A stretch of DNA of 64,000 nucleotides, from positions 32,001-96,000 of IMG/VR virus record IMGVR_UViG_3300021426_000063. One strand, written 5' to 3'. A program made the position numbers and the translations under genes. Numbering within the stretch: position 1 is the stretch's first letter; the number at the start of each line of letters is the position of its first letter. The stretch is from a virus (Duplodnaviria; Caudoviricetes). The notes under the pieces were generated by a model, which saw nothing but the letters and a program-made list of their open reading frames with translations, was not told the DNA's origin and did no database searches. Below, one piece after another: positions 10,134 through 18,879 of this stretch.

Positions 10134-10493
10134 TTATTCACTATCTGAATTATCATCTTCTTCATAAACCTCAACCACAGCCTTGTTTAAACCACAGAAG
10201 GTGGTCAAAGTGGTACACACATCCTTACTGGATGATATGACCATATGGGATCCTGGTTTTGGATTTGCCTGGCCATATCCCTGATGGTCAACTATATATC
10301 TTTCAGTTAATTTAATATCACCTTTTTTCACCATATAATCAATTGGGTCATCATATTCTTCAAGGACTGCTGTCATCAAAAATCTGTCTGGTCCATTCCA
10401 TGCTGCAAAATTACTTCGTCCACCTTTTGCATACCAGGCAACAATGGTTCTACAAGTTCCATCCTCACAGGTATTTATTGCTTTCTTTTTCAT
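10134..10493 (-). CDS. hypothetical protein
   Basis: Start reassigned to ATG 10493 (MKKKAINT), 1 nt after the upstream stop. Confidence 0.65.
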   Translation of the reverse strand: MKKKAINTCEDGTCRTIVAWYAKGGRSNFAAWNGPDRFLMTAVLEEYDDPIDYMVKKGDIKLTERYIVDHQGYGQANPKPGSHMVISSSKDVCTTLTTFCGLNKAVVEVYEEDDNSDSE

Positions 10494-10494
10494 A

Positions 10495-10896
10495 TCATTT
10501 ATTATACCAACAAACATATGTGAAATCTGGTCTGATAATCCCATCTACAAATGCTCTTGGACTGGCCTCTATATTAGACACTTCTTTGTCAGTTGCATAA
10601 TATCCAACACCATCAGAATCCATAATACCACCATATATACAATGGGATTTAAATTCATTAATGGTCATCAGACACTCCTTGTCCAAATCATCCATTGGTT
10701 TCATCTCTGGAGTTTCCTTCATAGACTTTGCTGCATAAAGAGCTTCATTGTCATCCCAATAAGGCTTACACTTCACTCTCCATCTCTCATATGAATTACC
10801 ATCATCAGTATCCCAGATTTCTTTCAATTTCTTGCTATTTTCCTCAATCCTGGATTCTATCTCTTCAAGAGTGAGGTTATTATAATTTCTTACCAT
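10495..10896 (-). CDS. hypothetical protein
   Basis: ORF overlapping the stop of the MTase alpha gene; ends VCWYNK. Confidence 0.7.
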   Translation of the reverse strand: MVRNYNNLTLEEIESRIEENSKKLKEIWDTDDGNSYERWRVKCKPYWDDNEALYAAKSMKETPEMKPMDDLDKECLMTINEFKSHCIYGGIMDSDGVGYYATDKEVSNIEASPRAFVDGIIRPDFTYVCWYNK

Positions 10897-11627
10897 AATT
10901 CTTCTTCTGGTTGTTCAACACTTTCATCTTTTGAATGTTCCACACTCATAGTCTGGATATACCTGTCAGTGACCTCCTGCTTCATATAATACTTTTCAGG
11001 TACATTATCCTCCAACAGGTCTTCAACTGTCTTTTTGAGTGGAATAGGTCTTGGGAACTCATAATAAGGTTCTGGTTCATCATCTGTCTTCAAGATAGAG
11101 ATCATGAAAATCCTCTCCCTGGACTGGGGAACACCATAATCCTTGGCATTGAGAACCTGATGGAAATTGGAATAACCATAAGATTCCAACTCCTTACACC
11201 ACTTCTCAAAGAGATACTTGAACTTATCTGTCACCAGGGCTTTCACATTCTCAAACATCAGATACTTTGGTTTCTTGGCAAGGATAGTCTTCCTACACTC
11301 CCAAAGAAGGGATGACCTGGTACCAGAACCCTCCTCACCACCAGCCTGCTGACCAGCATTCGAGAAATCGGTGCAAGGTGATGAATAAGTAAACAGGTCA
11401 AAATCAGGAACTTGTGACCAGTCAATCTTGGAGATGTCACCATAATTCCTGTCAGCATATTGGGGGAACAGAGCATTATGTGCCTTGATGGCTGCTGGGT
11501 CTATCTCTGACCAGCCTACCAAATCATAATCAATCCCCAGTCTGTTGAGTGCCAGACACTGGGAATCATAACCAGAGAATGCAGTGAACACTCTCAAAGG
11601 ATTTTCTTTTGTATATTTCTTTACCAT
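10890..11627 (-). CDS. C5 cytosine DNA methyltransferase, N-terminal catalytic half (motifs I-VIII only)
   Basis: FSGYDSQ (I), SEID (II), GDI (III), YSSPCTDFS (IV, catalytic Cys), FENV (VI), PQSRERIF (VIII); stops before the TRD and motifs IX-X. Confidence 0.9.
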   Translation of the reverse strand: MVKKYTKENPLRVFTAFSGYDSQCLALNRLGIDYDLVGWSEIDPAAIKAHNALFPQYADRNYGDISKIDWSQVPDFDLFTYSSPCTDFSNAGQQAGGEEGSGTRSSLLWECRKTILAKKPKYLMFENVKALVTDKFKYLFEKWCKELESYGYSNFHQVLNAKDYGVPQSRERIFMISILKTDDEPEPYYEFPRPIPLKKTVEDLLEDNVPEKYYMKQEVTDRYIQTMSVEHSKDESVEQPEEELW

Positions 11628-11631
11628 AAAC

Positions 11632-11874
11632 CTATTTATTATCAAGTTCTTGCTGCTTCTTTAACTTCTTTTCATCCAACCACTTTTGTATCCTCTCATT
11701 TAATTGTTCTCTTTCTGTCATTATTCTATAATATCCATCCTTTGTACATTTTTCTTTTGGACAATACTTATCATCTTTAAGAGAACAAACATCACATCCT
11801 TTTTCACCAAAACAATCCAATTCCCATTTATATCTAAATCTAAATTTATCTCCAATTATAAAAATATCATCCAT
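11632..11874 (-). CDS. small Cys-rich hypothetical protein
   Basis: CxxC...C...C pattern; coupled in operon. Confidence 0.6.
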   Translation of the reverse strand: MDDIFIIGDKFRFRYKWELDCFGEKGCDVCSLKDDKYCPKEKCTKDGYYRIMTEREQLNERIQKWLDEKKLKKQQELDNK

Positions 11875-11876
11875 AA

Positions 11877-12593
11877 CTATAACTTAATTTCATCTATTTT
11901 CTCAATCCATTCAGGTCTTATATTATCCATAGTAAAATATGAATCAAACCCTCTTGCATTTGGGTCTTTATAAAGTTTTATATTCTCAACTTTATTGAAA
12001 TCAATCCTGTAAACAGAGTATTCTTTAATCCTCTTTTTATTTAAAAGTGATTTATCAATTTCTTTTTTAAAAACTTGATTCATCATTTTATAGAAAATAG
12101 GTTCATATAATTTTATACATATCCTGTGCAAGAATTCTAAATCACCATTAGACAATAGATAAATTCTATCTGGATATTTGAATCTATAATTTCTACTTCT
12201 TGGTATCAAACCCATTGTCTGAATTTTCTTATCATTGATAGATGGTGTCAGATGATAAAAATATTGTATTTCACCAGATTGTTTTAATTTATCAAATATA
12301 TTTTCTTCATATATCTTCTCATATGTGTAATAATCATCAATATTTTCATCTGCTTGATAATATCCACCAAGTTTCAATACACTTTCAACATCATCAAACA
12401 AATTTTCATCTAATTTCTTACTCACAAGAATATATTCACCATCATCTATATATAATTCAACAGAATCATCATCAAGATTATACTTCTTTTGTATGTATCT
12501 TACAACCTTGTCTGCTGGATATGTCATCAGGAGACCCTCATTCAATGATGTCTCCTGAACAAACTCATCAAAATCCAATACATTCTTTACCAT
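11877..12593 (-). CDS. putative ADP-ribosyltransferase-fold protein with capsid-targeting-like N-terminus
   Basis: YFYHLTP...IQTMGLIPR...DRIYL...YRID...DP...YFT..NI.P resembles the Tpt1/ART NAD-binding lobe; N-terminus VLDFDEFVQETSLNEG. Confidence 0.55.
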   Translation of the reverse strand: MVKNVLDFDEFVQETSLNEGLLMTYPADKVVRYIQKKYNLDDDSVELYIDDGEYILVSKKLDENLFDDVESVLKLGGYYQADENIDDYYTYEKIYEENIFDKLKQSGEIQYFYHLTPSINDKKIQTMGLIPRSRNYRFKYPDRIYLLSNGDLEFLHRICIKLYEPIFYKMMNQVFKKEIDKSLLNKKRIKEYSVYRIDFNKVENIKLYKDPNARGFDSYFTMDNIRPEWIEKIDEIKL

Positions 12594-12811
12594 AACTGTA
12601 TATCTTTCTTTTTAGGTTCATTCCTGTTGATGAATAACTTGTCAAACATATGTACCATACAATCAACCACAATTGAGTTACCATACATTTTATAAAGTGC
12701 ATTGTCACTCAAATCACAGCTGAGCATAATATCAATATCCTTGTCATCAACTCCCATCAGTCTACCACACTCCCTTGGTGTCATCTTCCTGATTCTGTAG
12801 TACTTCTTCAT
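12587..12811 (-). CDS. C5-MTase C-terminal fragment beta-1 (motifs IX-X only, 74 aa)
   Basis: MKKYYRIRKMTPRECGRLMG (IX)...YGNSIVV (X); start at ATG 12811, immediately after a TTTGTTATATTTA motif. Confidence 0.85.
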   Translation of the reverse strand: MKKYYRIRKMTPRECGRLMGVDDKDIDIMLSCDLSDNALYKMYGNSIVVDCMVHMFDKLFINRNEPKKKDIQLW

Positions 12812-12828
12812 ACTATAAATATAACAAA

Positions 12829-13107
12829 TTATTTCCCTGAACATACAAGATAATACCTGTGGAGAAGACCATAAGGTACTTGTTTCCAAAGTACTTTCTC
12901 ATAAATCTTAATACTTGCATCAAGTGCTTCTTTTTCAGTTTCAAAAGAGACAAATCCTTCACCAGTGACAACTTCAATAAAAGTATCAACCTTGTAAGGG
13001 TATAATCTACACATATCACTCAACTTCTCTGGGAAGAAGTCAAGGTCTCGGAGTATCCATCTGTCTCCATACTTATTCACCAGTCTGGCAATAGTTTCTT
13101 TATTCAT
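12829..13107 (-). CDS. hypothetical protein
   Basis: Coupled ORF in operon. Confidence 0.65.
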   Translation of the reverse strand: MNKETIARLVNKYGDRWILRDLDFFPEKLSDMCRLYPYKVDTFIEVVTGEGFVSFETEKEALDASIKIYEKVLWKQVPYGLLHRYYLVCSGK

Positions 13108-13108
13108 A

Positions 13109-13315
13109 TTACTCTACATCAAAATCTAAATTATCAACATCAATATTATTATGATAAAGGACTTGTAAAAACTCATATATACCTGATGAGAAAGAATCCT
13201 TGACATCATCATATCTATATTCCTTATCCTTCCTCAAACTCACTCCAATGCTAAGTCCCCAGGAATAATTTTTCCACTTGTCTTCAATGAATTTGTTTAA
13301 TTTATCATTCTCCAT
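13109..13315 (-). CDS. hypothetical protein
   Basis: Coupled ORF in operon. Confidence 0.6.
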   Translation of the reverse strand: MENDKLNKFIEDKWKNYSWGLSIGVSLRKDKEYRYDDVKDSFSSGIYEFLQVLYHNNIDVDNLDFDVE

Positions 13316-13484
13316 AATTTTCCCAAGTTATTTTTAATTTTGATGGTTTATCCATAACAACAGGTGGATGTTGTTTCAGTACCTTTATGAGTTGATCAAC
13401 AGCATTGGATGCAGTCATCATCCAACAAGTAGTCTCTCTTCTCAACAACAAACATATTGTCTTCCTTTCTTCTTGTGTCAACAT
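13305..13484 (-). CDS. small hypothetical protein (59 aa)
   Basis: Manual ORF MLTQEERKTICLLLRRETTCW...WENYGE fills the gap between coupled genes. Confidence 0.55.
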   Translation of the reverse strand: MLTQEERKTICLLLRRETTCWMMTASNAVDQLIKVLKQHPPVVMDKPSKLKITWENYGE

Positions 13485-13486
13485 AT

Positions 13487-13831
13487 CTAAAACAATTTTA
13501 TTTCTTCTTTTGGTTTCCTTTCTTCATAAAAGAGTTCCCTGAATATCTCTGTCATCACATCAACAACAATGGAGTTTCCAAAGAGGGAATTGACCACACC
13601 TGGTGCAAGGACACCTGTCATCTTGTCAATATCAGAATCATCCACTCCCATCAGTCTCCCAATCTCCTTGGTTGTCATCTTCCTGATTCTTCCATTATCA
13701 AGTATTTTGAGATAACTGTTTGTGTTGTTATGCTGACCCACACAGATACAACGGCAGACCCCATCGGTGTACATCACTGTATCCTGCTGATGTGGACCAA
13801 CCTTGACTATGTGTATATCATTGTTTAGCAT
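13487..13831 (-). CDS. C5-MTase C-terminal fragment beta-2 (short TRD + motifs IX-X)
   Basis: HQQDTVMYTDGVCRCI...LKI (TRD-like), IRKMTTKEIGRLMG (IX), FGNSIVV (X). Confidence 0.85.
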   Translation of the reverse strand: MLNNDIHIVKVGPHQQDTVMYTDGVCRCICVGQHNNTNSYLKILDNGRIRKMTTKEIGRLMGVDDSDIDKMTGVLAPGVVNSLFGNSIVVDVMTEIFRELFYEERKPKEEIKLF

Positions 13832-14339
13832 CTACCAAACCTTTATCAACAAAACCCTTTACTATATTGTCTATCTTGTTCTGCCTGTGTTCATGAAGGT
13901 CAAGATTGTCACTTACAAACTTATAGGAAATAATATGTTCAAATCCAAGAGCCCTTATATATGCCAACTCCATATCAAACAGACAATCCTTTTCCTCTGT
14001 CTGTGTAACAAAGTCTGTACTTGTAAGACATTTCTTTATTTCAAGAGTTGTATCATTATCAATCCAACCAATAAAAGGGATATCCTGAAGTTTTTCATTA
14101 TATTCAACATTGGGATGATAAAGACCAACCTGACTTACAGCATAGAACTTACCTATTTCCAGGTCTTTACTTCCTGCATAACCAATATTTACAATCTCTG
14201 TATCTCTTGGAATATCCTTAAGGGCATCAATGACATTCATCGCCCCAACACCTGTAATAAGAACTGGTCTGTGTCCATAACCAAGTTTCTTGACCAGTTT
14301 CATTTCTTCTGCTTCTGCAATTACTACTAATTTCTTCAT
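13818..14339 (-). CDS. MTA/SAH nucleosidase-like protein (PNP_UDP_1 family)
   Basis: AEAEE, TGVGAMN, NIGYAG, TSTDFV, FDME, KFVSD motifs of the Pfs/MTAN fold. Confidence 0.7.
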   Translation of the reverse strand: MKKLVVIAEAEEMKLVKKLGYGHRPVLITGVGAMNVIDALKDIPRDTEIVNIGYAGSKDLEIGKFYAVSQVGLYHPNVEYNEKLQDIPFIGWIDNDTTLEIKKCLTSTDFVTQTEEKDCLFDMELAYIRALGFEHIISYKFVSDNLDLHEHRQNKIDNIVKGFVDKGLVDAKQ

Positions 14340-14348
14340 ACTTTTAAT

Positions 14349-14564
14349 CTATGTAATGTCAACAATTTCAAACTCATCCAAAAATGATTGTTTCTCCCGG
14401 GCAAAACAGTTGTACTCATTCTCATACAATGGTGCATATAAAATTGCATCAACCCAACCATTTGCTGAATCTTTTATTCTCATATTACATTCAACAATCT
14501 TATATTGTCTGTTGTACTTTACATGAACAACAACAAGTCCATTCTTCAATTCTTCTGATTTCAT
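14349..14564 (-). CDS. DUF1653-like SH3-fold protein
   Basis: HVK...YKIV...ILYAPLY....FARE...F pattern. Confidence 0.55.
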   Translation of the reverse strand: MKSEELKNGLVVVHVKYNRQYKIVECNMRIKDSANGWVDAILYAPLYENEYNCFAREKQSFLDEFEIVDIT

Positions 14565-14878
14565 AAATTATTTGTTTCAATGAATACTATATCTTTACTT
14601 TCAAACAAAATATCATTTATCTTTCCACACACACCATCTTCAACATTCTTCCTCTCTCCTTTAACAATCTTGAATATTGGATTGGCATCTATCCTGGACC
14701 AGGTAACATATTCTACCTCACATTCATTCTCTGTTCCTTTATTGAACACAATGGTCTTATCTTTTGGCCAAGTCTTCTGTATTTTTCTCAAAAAACCATA
14801 CCAAAATTCATCATCTGATTGTTTCCACATATCCATCAGATTGTTGCACTTACACTTAAAATATACTATATTATCCAT
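14561..14878 (-). CDS. hypothetical protein
   Basis: Coupled ORF in operon. Confidence 0.65.
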   Translation of the reverse strand: MDNIVYFKCKCNNLMDMWKQSDDEFWYGFLRKIQKTWPKDKTIVFNKGTENECEVEYVTWSRIDANPIFKIVKGERKNVEDGVCGKINDILFESKDIVFIETNNL

Positions 14879-14880
14879 AA

Positions 14881-15414
14881 TTAAAACAATGGTATTTCTG
14901 GATTCTTTCTTTCACTAAATAAATTTCTGAACATCTCTGTCATCACATTCACCACAATGGAATTGCCGGCAAGTTTCTTTCTGAATTTTGAAGGTACTGC
15001 ATCAATTATCTTCTGTGTATCTTCTGGATCCACATCCATCAGTCTGAATGCCTCCCTGTCAGTTAACTCTCTCACCTTGTAGTTCCTGTCCCAGACATAA
15101 TTGTCCATTGAGAAGGTGGTGAGAGTGTTGGAATATCCATCTCCCGTTGGTTCAGCATAGACCCCCTTTCCAAACTTCTTTCCTGCATCACCAAACCTGT
15201 GTCTCCTCAACTTCTCCTCTTCAGTTCTTTTCTGCTTCAATATCTGTGGTGGTTTCAATCCATCAGCAAAGAGATAAACATCATCACCAACCACCTTACA
15301 CATCATAGGAAGAGTAGTCCTGAGATACTTCCTTTTCTCCCAGTCCTTCTTTTTGAAATAGAGTTCTTCTGGAACATCTTTCTCAATTATCTCTTCCAGT
15401 GTGGTTTGCTTCAT
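14881..15414 (-). CDS. C5-MTase C-terminal fragment beta-3 (TRD + motifs IX-X)
   Basis: TLEEIIEKDVPEELY (post-VIII segment), SNTLTT (TRD TL motif), VRELTDREAFRLMDV (IX), LAGNSIVV (X). Confidence 0.85.
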   Translation of the reverse strand: MKQTTLEEIIEKDVPEELYFKKKDWEKRKYLRTTLPMMCKVVGDDVYLFADGLKPPQILKQKRTEEEKLRRHRFGDAGKKFGKGVYAEPTGDGYSNTLTTFSMDNYVWDRNYKVRELTDREAFRLMDVDPEDTQKIIDAVPSKFRKKLAGNSIVVNVMTEMFRNLFSERKNPEIPLF

Positions 15415-15673
15415 ATTCTTCTTTATCCATTAACATTCTCACAACATCTCTCCACCATTCATAATATTGCTTATTTTCATAACTCATATCATCCATATAA
15501 GTATTCCAAGCAATATAACACATATCCCTTGCTTCATCCAATTCTGTTTTGTCTTCTGTCAATAATCTGATATATTCTGCATATTCCTCCTTATTCAAAA
15601 ACAATGGAAAAAAGATTCTCTTATACCATTTAAGACCTTTCTTGAATGATATATATTCTAAATAGGTTGCCAT
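15383..15673 (-). CDS. hypothetical protein
   Basis: Overlaps both neighbours in operon. Confidence 0.6.
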   Translation of the reverse strand: MATYLEYISFKKGLKWYKRIFFPLFLNKEEYAEYIRLLTEDKTELDEARDMCYIAWNTYMDDMSYENKQYYEWWRDVVRMLMDKEEYEANHTGRDN

Positions 15674-18018
15674 ATCCTTTTCTTTAATTCATTACCAATT
15701 CGTTCAACAATTCCACACACAAGTGCATTACCCATCAGAAACCCTCTCTTTTTGTCAGTAGTACCCTCTGTATGATTATCTGGGAACATCTGTATCCTTT
15801 CCAGTTCAATGGGCACTAAACGCCTTAATTTGCCTGTTTCTGGGTCTTGTATAATATGTGTAAATCTGTTTGATACAATAGACACCTCACTTGTGATTAA
15901 TGTCCTTGCTGGTTTATCTAATGGGTCAGGAAATGCCATACTTCCCTCTGTGTACATATACTCATGTCCATCCTTACTGGTCCTGGGTATCTGCTTCGGA
16001 CCCTTGGCATACTTCCACTTCTCAACATCATCATTAGATAAATAATAATCTTCTGTAATATACTTCCTGTCATCTCCTTTCACCAGGATATCTCCAAGGG
16101 TTGTATATGGTCCAGAATAATCAGGAATGAGTTTATCTGTATATATAACCCCATCAATGACAACACCACCATTCTCAAATGGATTGGAAACAACATTACC
16201 CTTATTGAAGTTATCAGAGAGATAAACAAGGTCTGTATTCAATCTTCTTCCATCAAGACCCCACAATCCCTGATCTACATTGGGTTTGACAGGAAATGCC
16301 TTTGCCAATACACCATCTATATACAACCAGGAATCAGGAGAGGAAATCTTGAACTCACCTTTCAGAAATGCAAAGATGAATATTCTTCTTCTCTTCTGTG
16401 GCATACCATATTCAGCAGCATTGATAACCCTCCATTCAATGTTATATCCAAGGTTTATCAATGATTGGAGAATAAGTGCAAAATCCCTACCCCTTTGTTT
16501 GGATGGGGAGATAATCATCCTGTCCACATTCTCAAAAAGAAGGAACTTTGGTTTTTCCTTCATTTCAGAAAGAAGTCTGATGACCTGCCACCAGAGAACA
16601 CCTTTCTTTCCCTCAATACCAAGGGATTTGGTTTTATTCCTGGCAACACTATAATCCTGACAATTATGTGTTATACAATGATTTGCAATAAATGAATGAC
16701 TTTCATCTACTTCAATATCATACACAGGTTGTTCAATATATTCTTCAATCTTTGAAATTGGATACCAAATATATCCATCCTCATAGAAATATGTTGAATG
16801 AACAGGTTCAGAAAATCTATATTTTAATTGATAAAAATTATTCTGATTTACAAGTCTACCTTCTATTATCTTTTCTTCTGGAACTTTACATAATGACAAC
16901 ATTGTTGGTTTATGATATACCTTCTCAACACAATGTGCAATGCCATATAAAAGTTCCTTACTAACAGATGTAAACTGGTTATATATTCCTGTTACACATC
17001 CATCACTATCTTGATATCCTTTTAGTAACTGTTCAAGAAGATTTATAGGTAAATCAAATACAAATCCTGGTAATCTCTTTGTTCTTGCAGAATGTTCTTC
17101 TCCTGAATAAAATTGTTCACAGAAATGAGCAAGTTCTATATCACTAAATATAAAATTATATGTTGTTGTATTTTCAGCAATAGTATAATGATATTTATCT
17201 GATATTTTTGATGCAAATTCATCAATTTCATCTTTACCACAACAAATACCAATACCATTATATTTGTATCTGTGTTCACCTTTCTTCTGTTGCTTTCTCA
17301 ACCAACCATCTCCAAGAAATCTGCCAACAATATACCATAAATTTTCATCAGTCATATCCAAGTTACAATGTGTTTCCGAAACAAACTGATTTTTATTTAT
17401 GGTTAATCCTCTCCATTCTGGAATAATACTGTTTTGATTGATTGCAGATCCCATATAGTAATCCTTATAACAATCTTTCAGGTCATCAACAGATTTCCAT
17501 TCTGGTTGTGAGAATGATTTTATATATACAGGTTTTCCTTTTAATCTTGTACTTCTTTGTATCTTTTCCCGTACAAGAAATCTATGGTTTCCTGTTGCCT
17601 CAATAGTATCAAATCCACTTGCCTTAATCTTATAAGTTTGTTTGATACCTTGATTCATAAATTTATTGACTCTATGATACTGGTTATCATGTCCAAGTAC
17701 CATATCACCCTCTTTAACATCTGTGATATACTTATATCCATCAGATGTCAACACAAAGGTATTCCCAGACAAGCAAGGAAATCCACCAACCATAAGATCA
17801 GCTTCCAAATCCTTACCAGAAACCTTGCAAATATCATCATTTATCAATAAGTCATTTGGAAATCTCTTCCTGTATATATTGGCAGCAAACTGGTCTTTGG
17901 TACCAGGTTCCCACTGGTTGGCCAAAACACACTTATAGAATCCATTGCCTGCTCTGTCAAAGCCAACATGGAATCCACCAACACCAGCAAATAATTCTAT
18001 GTATCTACACTCTTTCAT
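15658..18018 (-). CDS. dcm: C5 cytosine DNA methyltransferase (M.Sau3AI-like), intein-containing
   Basis: ELFAGVGGF, ANQWEP, GGFP|CQDYSVAR, GKKGVLW, ENVDR...SP..QRGRDF, QKRRRIF, GNAL; very similar to recalled M.Sau3AI motifs. Confidence 0.9.
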   Translation of the reverse strand: MKECRYIELFAGVGGFHVGFDRAGNGFYKCVLANQWEPGTKDQFAANIYRKRFPNDLLINDDICKVSGKDLEADLMVGGFPCLSGNTFVLTSDGYKYITDVKEGDMVLGHDNQYHRVNKFMNQGIKQTYKIKASGFDTIEATGNHRFLVREKIQRSTRLKGKPVYIKSFSQPEWKSVDDLKDCYKDYYMGSAINQNSIIPEWRGLTINKNQFVSETHCNLDMTDENLWYIVGRFLGDGWLRKQQKKGEHRYKYNGIGICCGKDEIDEFASKISDKYHYTIAENTTTYNFIFSDIELAHFCEQFYSGEEHSARTKRLPGFVFDLPINLLEQLLKGYQDSDGCVTGIYNQFTSVSKELLYGIAHCVEKVYHKPTMLSLCKVPEEKIIEGRLVNQNNFYQLKYRFSEPVHSTYFYEDGYIWYPISKIEEYIEQPVYDIEVDESHSFIANHCITHNCQDYSVARNKTKSLGIEGKKGVLWWQVIRLLSEMKEKPKFLLFENVDRMIISPSKQRGRDFALILQSLINLGYNIEWRVINAAEYGMPQKRRRIFIFAFLKGEFKISSPDSWLYIDGVLAKAFPVKPNVDQGLWGLDGRRLNTDLVYLSDNFNKGNVVSNPFENGGVVIDGVIYTDKLIPDYSGPYTTLGDILVKGDDRKYITEDYYLSNDDVEKWKYAKGPKQIPRTSKDGHEYMYTEGSMAFPDPLDKPARTLITSEVSIVSNRFTHIIQDPETGKLRRLVPIELERIQMFPDNHTEGTTDKKRGFLMGNALVCGIVERIGNELKKRIWQPI
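16663..17775 (-). mobile_element. intein with LAGLIDADG homing endonuclease (371 aa)
   Basis: Begins CLSGNT, block B ATGNHRF, LAGLIDADG motifs VGRFLGDG and LKGYQDSDG, ends VYDIEV...ITHN before extein Cys (CQDYS). Confidence 0.93.
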
Positions 18019-18138
18019 AATTAACACCTTAAATATAACAAAAATAATTTATGGCCCATTTGTATATTATTAAAAAAATAAAGAACATAAAACAATTTAT
18101 TTGTTATTTTTATTTCATAACCATTTTATTCATGCCAT

Positions 18139-18852
18139 ATGGAAGTTATATTAGATGAATTGACACCATTGGAGTTCTTCAACCATGGTGGAATTGTAAA
18201 ACTTACTGTTAATGATGAACTGGTCAAAGAGTGTAATGTAAAGAAGAAATACACATTCTTTGACTATAAGACTTATGTCAGGTTCTTTAAGAATCTGTAT
18301 ATGACTTATCTACACAACCATCAGGATGAGAGTACATTTGATCTGTACAATCATGTGAATGAAGGACTGGAAATCAATCCGTCTATTGGTGTTTCCCAAT
18401 ATGTGGTTGACTTGAAGTATGACCAGGTAAAGTCTTATGAGACTGCCAGATTCTACTATTCCAATGACAGAAGAGATACAGATGTACAACCAAGAGATCC
18501 TTATGGTATTTCCAATGTCTGCTTCTCTCTTGTTGACAAGGATGACACCAGATGGGATGAGTATGAGAAACAAAGACTCAAAAGAGGGTTTGATGATTCA
18601 GAAACCTGGAATCTTGATGCTACAATTTCAAAGTTCATATATCCAAGACTTAAAGTATTCATTGATGATGTAAAAAGACTTGAATGTCATCCATCAAGTA
18701 TCCCATTTGATACCTGGGTTGATATCCTTGAAAGAATGTCAAAAGGCTTTGAAATTCTTTCACAAGATAATGAAAGAACAGAAGATGAAACAAAAGTCAT
18801 TGAAGAGGCACTTGACTTATTCAGACAATACTTTCATAACCTTTGGACTTAA
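18139..18852 (+). CDS. hypothetical phage protein
   Basis: Long ORF; C-terminal QR..RGFDD.ETWNLD...YFHNLW. Confidence 0.75.
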   Translation: MEVILDELTPLEFFNHGGIVKLTVNDELVKECNVKKKYTFFDYKTYVRFFKNLYMTYLHNHQDESTFDLYNHVNEGLEINPSIGVSQYVVDLKYDQVKSYETARFYYSNDRRDTDVQPRDPYGISNVCFSLVDKDDTRWDEYEKQRLKRGFDDSETWNLDATISKFIYPRLKVFIDDVKRLECHPSSIPFDTWVDILERMSKGFEILSQDNERTEDETKVIEEALDLFRQYFHNLWT

Positions 18853-18879
18853 TGTTAAACAATTAAATATCAAAAAATT

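Noticed and set aside
10890-15414. Split MTase as an intron-interrupted or frameshifted single gene
   Set aside because: The C-terminal halves precede the N-terminal half in transcription order, occur in three versions, and are separated by ordinary genes.
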